Notes under the pieces: model-generated
What the model was told of the DNA's origin: nothing
The model's database searches: none
What the model saw: the letters and a program-made list of their open reading frames with translations, nothing else
DNA from: an uncultured Gaiellaceae bacterium
GTDB taxonomy: Bacteria > Actinomycetota > Thermoleophilia > Gaiellales > Gaiellaceae
DNA: 64,000 nucleotides
Reading direction: 5' to 3'
NCBI GenBank assembly: GCA_963736935.1
Contig: CAVTQX010000004.1
Span: 11,838-75,837 of the forward strand
Shown: positions 7,686 through 16,824 of the stretch, one piece after another
How the letters are laid out: the number at the start of each line of letters is the position of its first letter
Numbering within the stretch: the first letter of the stretch is position 1
Made by a program: the position numbers and the translations under genes

Positions 7686-8855
7686 ATGACCGCTGGCGCG
7701 TACATCGTCGACGCCATTCGCTCCCCGATCGGGCGGCGGAACGGATCGCTGTCCGGCATCCGAGCCGACGAGCTTGCAGCGCAGGTGTTGAACGGTCTGG
7801 TCGGCCGCGTGGACGTCGATCCCGGGGGGATCGAGGACGTGCACATGGGCTGCGTGACACAGGTCGGAGAGCAGGCGCTGAACGTCGGGCGCGGCGCGGT
7901 TCTCGTCGCCGGCTGGCCAGAGTCGGTTTGCGCGACGACGGTCGACAGGCAGTGCGGCTCGTCGCTCCAGGCGGCTTTCAACTGCGCGTCCGCCGTGCAG
8001 GCCGGTCACCTCGATCTCGTCGTCGCCGCGGGCGTAGAGCATATGACGCGCGTTCCGATGGGCTCGAACCTCGGCGAGGCCGGGTGGGGTGCGGTCAACG
8101 AGAAGATCGGCGAGCGCTGGCCCATCGTTCCGCAGGGCATTTCGGCCGAGGTCATCGCCGAGGAGTGGGGGATCACTCGGGATGCGCTCGACGAGTACTC
8201 GCTGGAATCGCACCGGCGCGCCGTGGCGGCGATCGACGAGGGGAAGTTCGAGAACGAGATCGTGCCGGTCGAGGTCGGCGCAGGTGGTGCCGTCGTCCTC
8301 TTCGCCGTCGACGAGACACCGAGACGAGACACGTCCCTCGACAAGCTCGCTTCACTCCAGCCGGCCTTCAAGGCGGACGGTGTCGTGACGGCCGGGAACT
8401 CGAGCTCGATCGTCGACGGGTCCGCGGCGATGCTCGTGGCGAGCGAGGCGGCGCTGGCACGACATGGCTTCGAACCTCGCGCGCGCTTCGTGTCCTTCGG
8501 GCTGTCCGGCGTGGATCCGTACCGGATGCTGCACGGCAATCCCGAGGCGTGCGAGCGTGCACTCGACAAGGCCGCGCTGACGTGGGACGACGTCTCGGTG
8601 ATCGAGGTCAACGAGGCGTTCGCCTCGGTCGTTCTCCAGTTCCTCGCGGACACGGGGCTCAATGAGCGGTGGGAGGCCGGCGACGTGAACCCGAACGGCG
8701 GCGGAATCTCGCTCGGCCATCCGCTCGGCGCGACCGGCGCGCGGATTACTGCGACTCTGCTGAACGAGCTCGAGCGGCGGAATGTGCGGTACGGCATCGC
8801 GACGATGTGCATCGGCCAGGGCCAGGCCATCGCGGCTGTTCTCGAGCGTCTCTGA
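7686..8855 (+). CDS. acetyl-CoA acetyltransferase (thiolase)
   Basis: N-terminus AYIVDAIRSPIGRRNG, nucleophile region VDRQCGSSLQA, C-terminal thiolase signatures NPNGGGISLGHPLGATGARI and ATMCIGQGQAIAAVLE. Confidence 0.9.
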   Translation: MTAGAYIVDAIRSPIGRRNGSLSGIRADELAAQVLNGLVGRVDVDPGGIEDVHMGCVTQVGEQALNVGRGAVLVAGWPESVCATTVDRQCGSSLQAAFNCASAVQAGHLDLVVAAGVEHMTRVPMGSNLGEAGWGAVNEKIGERWPIVPQGISAEVIAEEWGITRDALDEYSLESHRRAVAAIDEGKFENEIVPVEVGAGGAVVLFAVDETPRRDTSLDKLASLQPAFKADGVVTAGNSSSIVDGSAAMLVASEAALARHGFEPRARFVSFGLSGVDPYRMLHGNPEACERALDKAALTWDDVSVIEVNEAFASVVLQFLADTGLNERWEAGDVNPNGGGISLGHPLGATGARITATLLNELERRNVRYGIATMCIGQGQAIAAVLERL

Positions 8856-8861
8856 GAACCC

Positions 8862-8902
8862 GGCACTCTCGATCAGCTCAGCTGATAGATCTCCCGAGTG
8901 CC
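8862..8902. promoter_or_regulatory. nested inverted repeat (possible operator or terminator)
   Basis: Outer arms are GGCACTC (8862-8868) and GAGTGCC (8896-8902). They enclose a perfect 15-bp palindrome ATCAGCTcAGCTGAT (8872-8886). The surrounding spacer is locally AT-richer. Confidence 0.3.
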
Positions 8903-8942
8903 TGGACTGGTACTGATGGAACTCGTGGTGCACTATGAGGCC

Positions 8943-9056
8943 ATGTTCGGACTCATTCTCATCCCCGTCCTCGCGTTCGTCGCGCTGGCCGTGTACGCGT
9001 ACGGTGCGGATTCCCGCATCGACGACGTCTCGCGCCGGCGCCGGTTCAACGGCTGA
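8943..9056 (+). CDS. small hydrophobic protein (37 aa; could extend to ATG 8916 or GTG 8898)
   Basis: Encodes MFGLILIPVLAFVALAVYAYGADSRIDDVSRRRRFNG: one TM helix plus a basic tail. Below the ORF-track cutoff. The open frame runs from 8889. Codon third positions are GC-rich. Confidence 0.4.
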   Translation: MFGLILIPVLAFVALAVYAYGADSRIDDVSRRRRFNG

Positions 9057-9090
9057 GCCACCCCGCGGGCCAGATCTGAGCGGGCGTCGC

Positions 9091-9096
9091 TAGGAT
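9091..9096 (+). promoter_or_regulatory. -10-like hexamer TAGGAT 8 nt upstream of GTG 9105
   Basis: TAGGATcgccggtcGTG, with no SD; fits the leaderless pattern. Confidence 0.4.
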
Positions 9097-9104
9097 CGCC
9101 GGTC

Positions 9105-9965
9105 GTGGCCGCTCCCGAGATCAGGCGTATCGGTGTCGTCGGACTCGGCGCGATGGGCGCAGGGATCGCGCAGCTCGCGATCGAAGCTGGATACGAGACC
9201 GTCGGCCGCGAGGTCACGGACGAGCTCGGCTCGAAGGCGCAGGACCGGATCGCTCATTTCCTCCGGCGCAAGGTGGACAAGCAGCAGATGACGGACGCCG
9301 TCCGCGAGGCGGCGCTCGCGTCTCTCTCCCTGACGACCGACCTGGCCGACCTGGTCGACTGCGATCTCGTCGTCGAGGCGATCGTCGAGGACCTCGCGCC
9401 GAAGCTCGAGCTCTTCGGCGAGCTCGAGCGGATCGTCCGCTCGGACGCGATTCTCGCGACCAACACTTCGGCGTTGTCCGTGACGGAGATCGCAGCCGCC
9501 ACGTCCAGCCCGCAGCGCGTCGTCGGGATGCACTTCTTCAACCCGGCCCCGCTGATGCCGCTCGTCGAGATCGTCCGAGCGGAGCTGTCGTCGGACGACG
9601 CCGTCGATGCGGCGTTCGCCGTCGGCGAGAGGCTTGGCAAGCGGCCGATCCGCTGCCATGACACGCCGGGATTCGTCGTCAACCGTGTCCTCATCCCGCT
9701 GCTCAACGACTGCCTGCGCGTGCTCGACGAGTCGCGCGTCTCGCCGGAAGACCTCGACACGGCGATGACCGCAGGGGCCGGCTGGCCGATGGGTCCGTGC
9801 GCGCTCGTCGACCTCGTCGGGATCGACGTGCACGTGTACGCATCCGAGGCGCTGTACGAGAAGCTGCGAGAGCCGAGGATGGCTCCACCGCCGCGCATCG
9901 TCGCGATGAAGAACGCGGGCCTACTGGGTCGGAAGTCCGGTCGCGGCTTCTACCGCTACGACTGA
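9105..9965 (+). CDS. 3-hydroxybutyryl-CoA / 3-hydroxyacyl-CoA dehydrogenase
   Basis: Rossmann motif IGVVGLGAMGAGIA, NTSALSV, GMHFFNPAPLMPLVEIV, DTPGFVVNRVL, GRKSGRGFYRY. Confidence 0.9.
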   Translation: MAAPEIRRIGVVGLGAMGAGIAQLAIEAGYETVGREVTDELGSKAQDRIAHFLRRKVDKQQMTDAVREAALASLSLTTDLADLVDCDLVVEAIVEDLAPKLELFGELERIVRSDAILATNTSALSVTEIAAATSSPQRVVGMHFFNPAPLMPLVEIVRAELSSDDAVDAAFAVGERLGKRPIRCHDTPGFVVNRVLIPLLNDCLRVLDESRVSPEDLDTAMTAGAGWPMGPCALVDLVGIDVHVYASEALYEKLREPRMAPPPRIVAMKNAGLLGRKSGRGFYRYD

Positions 9966-9978
9966 TCCGAGCGGACCC

Positions 9979-11064
9979 TCACGGGTTCAGTGCGAACACC
10001 ACGAAGGCGCCGAAGATCACGAGGTGGAGCCCTCCCTCCTGGAGCGTCGCGCGCCCTGGCAGGATCGTGAGCGCGCCGACACCAGCCGTGAGGACGAGCA
10101 GCGTGATCTGCGTCGAGTTCAGCCCGAGCACGAGCGAGCCGTCGAGCCAGATCGACGCGACAGCGACGGCAGGAATCGTCAATCCGATGCTCGCCACGGC
10201 CGAGCCGTAGGCGAGGTTGAAGCTCGTCTGGAGGCGGTCCCTCGAGGCGTTGCGGTACGCCGCGAGTGTCTCCGGCAGGAGCACGAGCAGCGCGATGGCG
10301 ACGCCGACGGCGGACTGCGGCGCCCCCAGCGCATCGACGGCGTCCTCGATCGCGGGCGACTCGACCTTCGCGAGGCCGATGACAGCGACGAGTGAGAGCA
10401 CGAGGACGACGAGGCTGAGGGCAGCAGTCCGGTCAGAAGGCGCCGCCGCGTGCACGTCTTCGGCGCCGGGCGGGAGGTCCGGCGGCAGGAAGAAGTCGCG
10501 GTGGCGCACGTTCTGGACGAACACGAAGAGGACGTAGAGCGTGACCGACGCCACCGCGGCGAAGGTGAGCTGGGTGGCGGAGAACGTCGCTCCCGACGAG
10601 CTGGTCGTGAACGTCGGCAGGACGAGACAGAGCGTCGCGAGCGTGATGACCGTGGCGAACGCCGTCGCCGTTCCCTCGGCGTTGAAGCTCGCGATTCGGC
10701 GGCGAAGCGTCACGACGAGGAGGCACAGGCCGACGATGCCGTTGGTGGTGATCATCGCTGCAGCGAACACGGTGTCGCGCGCGAGCGTGTCGGTCTCTCG
10801 CCCACCGGACGCCATGAGCGCCACGATGAGACCGACCTCGATGACGGTCACGGCGACTGCGAGCACGAGCGACCCGAGCGGTTCGCCCACGCGATGCGCA
10901 ACGACCTCCGCGTGATGGACGGATGCGAGGACCGCGCCGGCGAGAAAGGCGGCGACGAGTGCCAGGACGACGTCCCCTGGCTTGCGTCCCCACGTCGCGG
11001 CGAGGGCGACCAGGGCGACTGCCGGAACGACGAGCGTCCAAGGCACGGAACGTGCGATCCTCAT
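9979..11064 (-). CDS. Ca2+/H+ (cation/proton) antiporter, ChaA-like CaCA family
   Basis: 361 aa with about 10-11 hydrophobic helices. N-terminal half has HHAEVVAHRVGEPLGSLVLAVAVTVIEVG and the C-terminal half has a second repeat, AYGSAVASIGLTIP. Confidence 0.7.
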   Translation of the reverse strand: MRIARSVPWTLVVPAVALVALAATWGRKPGDVVLALVAAFLAGAVLASVHHAEVVAHRVGEPLGSLVLAVAVTVIEVGLIVALMASGGRETDTLARDTVFAAAMITTNGIVGLCLLVVTLRRRIASFNAEGTATAFATVITLATLCLVLPTFTTSSSGATFSATQLTFAAVASVTLYVLFVFVQNVRHRDFFLPPDLPPGAEDVHAAAPSDRTAALSLVVLVLSLVAVIGLAKVESPAIEDAVDALGAPQSAVGVAIALLVLLPETLAAYRNASRDRLQTSFNLAYGSAVASIGLTIPAVAVASIWLDGSLVLGLNSTQITLLVLTAGVGALTILPGRATLQEGGLHLVIFGAFVVFALNP

Positions 11065-11073
11065 CGGTACAGG

Positions 11074-11079
11074 AATCTA
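11074..11079 (-). promoter_or_regulatory. -10-like hexamer TAGATT 9 nt upstream of ATG 11064
   Basis: Minus strand reads GTAGATTcctgtaccgATG, with no SD. Confidence 0.4.
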
Positions 11080-11169
11080 CGGCCCGTTCGGGTGCGCGGC
11101 CTCGCTAACACTCTTCTTACAGGCCGCACATCGAGGTCACACGCCGCTCGCCGATACTACGGCGGAGCC

Positions 11170-11703
11170 ATGCGGAAGCTCGCCGTCCTCCTCTGCTCCT
11201 TCTACGCCGTCGCCGCGGTGGGGTCGGCCGCGCACGCGGGCGAGCCGACTGCAGGCACGCTGTCCGTCGAACGCGGTAAGGGTGTGGTGATGATCGATCT
11301 CCGCGGCTCCGTCCTGGGCCGGCTTTCGAGCGGCACGCTTCGCGTCACCGACCAGACTCCGAACGACAAGTTCACGGCGCTCGTGGTCGGCCGCAAGGTC
11401 ACGCAGGAACGTATCGGCCCGAAGACCGTGCTGTATCGCGGCCAAGGCCTGCGCTTCCGGATGCTCGGTGGCGGGTACCGAATGGTCACGCGCGGTTCCG
11501 GGATCAGCCTCTCGGCGGTCGGGCGCGGCACGGTCATGCTCGACGGCGATGCGCGCTTCCCGGGCGACGACGTCGGCGTGTACTCGCGCGACGGGGTCGA
11601 CTGTAGTGCCGAGCCGCTGAGCTGCACTGCGCTGCCCACGGAGCCCGAGCGATTCGCACTCGAGCCCCCGCCCGCCGAGCCGAGCCCGAGGAAGGCCCCG
11701 TGA
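11170..11703 (+). CDS. exported hypothetical protein, translationally coupled to response regulator
   Basis: ATG 11170 is preceded by SD GGCGGAG. Signal-peptide-like MRKLAVLLCSFYAVAAVGSAAHA. Its stop overlaps GTG 11700 (GTGA). Confidence 0.55.
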   Translation: MRKLAVLLCSFYAVAAVGSAAHAGEPTAGTLSVERGKGVVMIDLRGSVLGRLSSGTLRVTDQTPNDKFTALVVGRKVTQERIGPKTVLYRGQGLRFRMLGGGYRMVTRGSGISLSAVGRGTVMLDGDARFPGDDVGVYSRDGVDCSAEPLSCTALPTEPERFALEPPPAEPSPRKAP

Positions 11704-12401
11704 CGACACCCACGACGATCCTCGTCGTCGAGGACGAGACCTCGATCGCCTCGTTCGTAGCCGCCTATCTGCGCAATGCGGGTTACGGCGTGAAGACGGC
11801 GGCGACGGCGCAAGCTGCGCTCATCCAGCTCGCGAGCGACGCGCCCGCGCTCGTCATCCTCGACCTCAATCTTCCGGACGGCGACGGCGTCGAGCTCTGC
11901 CGGCGGATCCGCAAGACCTCGGACATCCCGATCCTGATGCTCACCGCCCGTGACGAGGACATCGACAAGATCATTGGGCTCGAGGTCGGCGCCGACGACT
12001 ACATGACGAAGCCGTTCAACCCGCGCGAGCTCGTTGCCAGAGTGAAGAGCATCCTGCGCCGCGCTGCACCCGAGCGTCGCAAGAGCGAGTCGGACGAGAT
12101 CCACCACGGCGAGCTCGCGATCAACGCAGGGAAGCGCGAGGTGCACGTCGGCGACGAGGAGATCCGCCTCGCCCCGAAGGAATTCGACCTTCTCTGGGAG
12201 CTGCTCGACCATCGCGGCATCGTGCTCACGCGCGACCAGCTCCTCGAGCGCGTGTGGGGGTACACCTTTGCCGGCGACACGCGTACCGTGGATGTCCACG
12301 TGCGTCAGATCCGCCGCAAGCTCGGCGATGCGTCGCCGATCGTCACCGTGTGGGGCGTGGGCTACAAGGTCGCGTCCGATCGCACGGCGGCGACCATCTA
12401 G
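11700..12401 (+). CDS. OmpR/PhoB-family response regulator (canonical receiver)
   Basis: ILVVEDE, LVILDLNLPDGDG, ILMLTARD, TKPF, and a winged-helix C-terminus VWGVGYKV. Confidence 0.9.
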   Translation: MTTPTTILVVEDETSIASFVAAYLRNAGYGVKTAATAQAALIQLASDAPALVILDLNLPDGDGVELCRRIRKTSDIPILMLTARDEDIDKIIGLEVGADDYMTKPFNPRELVARVKSILRRAAPERRKSESDEIHHGELAINAGKREVHVGDEEIRLAPKEFDLLWELLDHRGIVLTRDQLLERVWGYTFAGDTRTVDVHVRQIRRKLGDASPIVTVWGVGYKVASDRTAATI

Positions 12402-12419
12402 CGGGCTACCCTGAGGCAC

Positions 12420-13820
12420 ATGCTCGGGACGCTCCGGTTCCGTCTGACGGCGTTGTTCCTCGCTGTGGTGCTCGTCTTCGGGCTCGCCTCCATTACCCTC
12501 GCGGTACGCCTCTTTCAGGACGTGACGCGCAAGCAATCGGTCGAGGAGCTTCGCCGCGAGGCCAGCGGGCTTGCCGCCCTCTATGCCGAGTCGGCACTGC
12601 GGTCATCCGACGAGGGCGCCAAGGCACCCGAGTTCGCGGCGAAGAAGCTCGAGCTCGCCACGGGCGACGAGCTGTACTACGTCGGCGCATCGCTCTTCCC
12701 CGGCCAGCGCTTCGGACTGACACGGCTGCCGCGGAGCGCGCTGGGCGGCGCTGCGCTGGACCGCGACCGCCAGGTGATCGTCACCTTCACGCCGCCGGGC
12801 GAGTCGCGTCGTCTGATAGCCGCGGCCCAGCCCGTGCAGCTCGTACGCGGGACGGAGCCGTTTGGCTGGCTCGTCGTCGCGAAGCCCGAGGCCGAGCTCC
12901 GCGAGCAATGGCTGACCCTCTTCGGGCGCCTCGCACTCGCCCTCGCCGTCGGGATCGCGCTGGGAGGCGTCCTCTTCCTGTGGCTCTCGCGTCGTCTGAC
13001 GGAACCCGTTCGTGTGCTGACGCGCGCGACCGTCGACGTCGCCGCCGGGCGCTACGACGTCGAGATCCCGGAGGCGCGCGGCAGCGACGAGATCGCGCTT
13101 CTGAGTGAGCGCTTCCGCGGCATGGTCGCCAAGCTCGCGGAGGCGGAAAAACTCAAGCGCTCCTTCCTCATGTCTGTCTCGCACGAGCTGCGCACCCCGC
13201 TGACCGCGATCCGCGGCCACGTCGAGGCGCTGCGCGAGGGGATCGTCTCGGAGCCGGAGCAGGTGCTTGCGTCGCTGGACATCGTCGCTGCCGAGACGGA
13301 CCGGCTCGAGCGGCTCGTCGGGGACGTCCTTGATCTCGCGAAGCTCCAGGCGCACCGCTTCACGGTGCGCCACGAGGAGGTCGACCTCGAGCGTGTCCTC
13401 GACCAGGCATACGGCGCTTTCACCGAAGAGGCGCGTCGGCGCGAGATCGACTACCGCCTGGAAGGCGCGACCGACGCGCCGGTGATCGTCTCGGACGGTG
13501 ATCGCGTGCTGCAGGTGATCTCGAACCTCCTCTCGAATGCGTTCCGCTGGACACCCGACGGCGGACGGATCGATCTCCAGCTCGCCGCGTCCAACGGGAA
13601 CGTCGCCGTCGACGTACTGGACACCGGCCCCGGTGTTCCTGCGGCGCAGCGCGCCCGGATCTTCGAGGCGTTCGTCTCGGACGACGTGAACGGCACCGGA
13701 CTCGGGCTTCCGATCGCACGTGAGCTGGCGGTGGCGCTCGGGGGCGGAATCGAGCTCGAGTCGAAGAGCGGTTCGGGCAGCCGCTTCCGGCTCGTGCTCC
13801 CACTCAGTCCGGCGTTGTAG
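12420..13820 (+). CDS. sensor histidine kinase (TM-sensor-TM-HAMP-HisKA-HATPase)
   Basis: Two hydrophobic segments, H-box SVSHELRTPLTAIRGH, N-box LLSNAFRWTP, DTGPGV, GTGLGLPIAREL. Confidence 0.9.
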   Translation: MLGTLRFRLTALFLAVVLVFGLASITLAVRLFQDVTRKQSVEELRREASGLAALYAESALRSSDEGAKAPEFAAKKLELATGDELYYVGASLFPGQRFGLTRLPRSALGGAALDRDRQVIVTFTPPGESRRLIAAAQPVQLVRGTEPFGWLVVAKPEAELREQWLTLFGRLALALAVGIALGGVLFLWLSRRLTEPVRVLTRATVDVAAGRYDVEIPEARGSDEIALLSERFRGMVAKLAEAEKLKRSFLMSVSHELRTPLTAIRGHVEALREGIVSEPEQVLASLDIVAAETDRLERLVGDVLDLAKLQAHRFTVRHEEVDLERVLDQAYGAFTEEARRREIDYRLEGATDAPVIVSDGDRVLQVISNLLSNAFRWTPDGGRIDLQLAASNGNVAVDVLDTGPGVPAAQRARIFEAFVSDDVNGTGLGLPIARELAVALGGGIELESKSGSGSRFRLVLPLSPAL

Positions 13821-13826
13821 CGGCGT

Positions 13827-14309
13827 CTACGCGGCGGCGGCGTGCGCGAGCTCGCGCTCGTGTGACTCGCCCCGGGCGAGCTCCTCGACGTGCCCGTCGT
13901 CAGGCGCCTCGACGTCATGTGCGGACTCGAGTCGGGCCAGTCGAGCGTCGACACCGCGCCAGCCGGAGCTGACGAGGTCGACGAGCAGCGCCAGATCGTC
14001 CACGCGGGCGTGACGCTCGGCGAGGAGGTCCCCCTCGAGTCGCTCGAGCCGTCGGATCGCCTGGTTGAGCAGGCCACGGATCTCCGCGATGTGTCGCGCT
14101 ACGGGCAGCACTTCGGTGCGCAGACCGTCGCGCACTGCGACACCGACGTGCGCTGGAATCGACGCTTCGAGCTCGGCTGCGGTCGCAGCGAGCGCCTCGA
14201 CCTGGTTGCGCGAGCGTTCGAGCGCGGCCTCGATCGCACCCGGCGCCGGTCGTCCTGCCGCGGCGTCGGCGATGCGCTGCTTCGCTCGTTCCAGGGCAAG
14301 GGCGTCCAT
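13827..14309 (-). CDS. hypothetical coiled-coil protein
   Basis: Helical, heptad-like sequence (LERLEGDLLAERHARVDDLALLVDL). Start set at ATG 14309 because TAGCCT lies 8 nt upstream; the ORF track extends to 14387. Confidence 0.45.
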   Translation of the reverse strand: MDALALERAKQRIADAAAGRPAPGAIEAALERSRNQVEALAATAAELEASIPAHVGVAVRDGLRTEVLPVARHIAEIRGLLNQAIRRLERLEGDLLAERHARVDDLALLVDLVSSGWRGVDARLARLESAHDVEAPDDGHVEELARGESHERELAHAAAA

Positions 14310-14317
14310 GGCGGGCG

Positions 14318-14327
14318 AGGCTACTCT
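14318..14327. promoter_or_regulatory. back-to-back -10 hexamers sharing a TA (minus TAGCCT 14318-14323; plus TACTCT 14322-14327)
   Basis: The 27-bp divergent spacer 14310-14336 contains AGGCTACTCT. The hexamers lie 8 nt and 9 nt from ATG 14309 and ATG 14337. Confidence 0.45.
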
Positions 14328-14336
14328 CCGCGCCGG

Positions 14337-16809
<2,473 letters not shown>

Positions 16810-16824
16810 CCTGGGCAGCCGAAC

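Noticed and set aside
6200-7981. The full 593-aa ORF taken as the aldehyde dehydrogenase. Similarly, the long N-terminal versions of the ORFs at 5243-6007, 13827-14387, 43364-43906 and 61561-63678.
   Set aside because: The extensions are Arg/Pro-rich, overlap neighbouring genes or divergent promoters, and lack family-typical sequence. Internal starts give family-typical lengths and are preceded by TANNNT hexamers or SD sequences.
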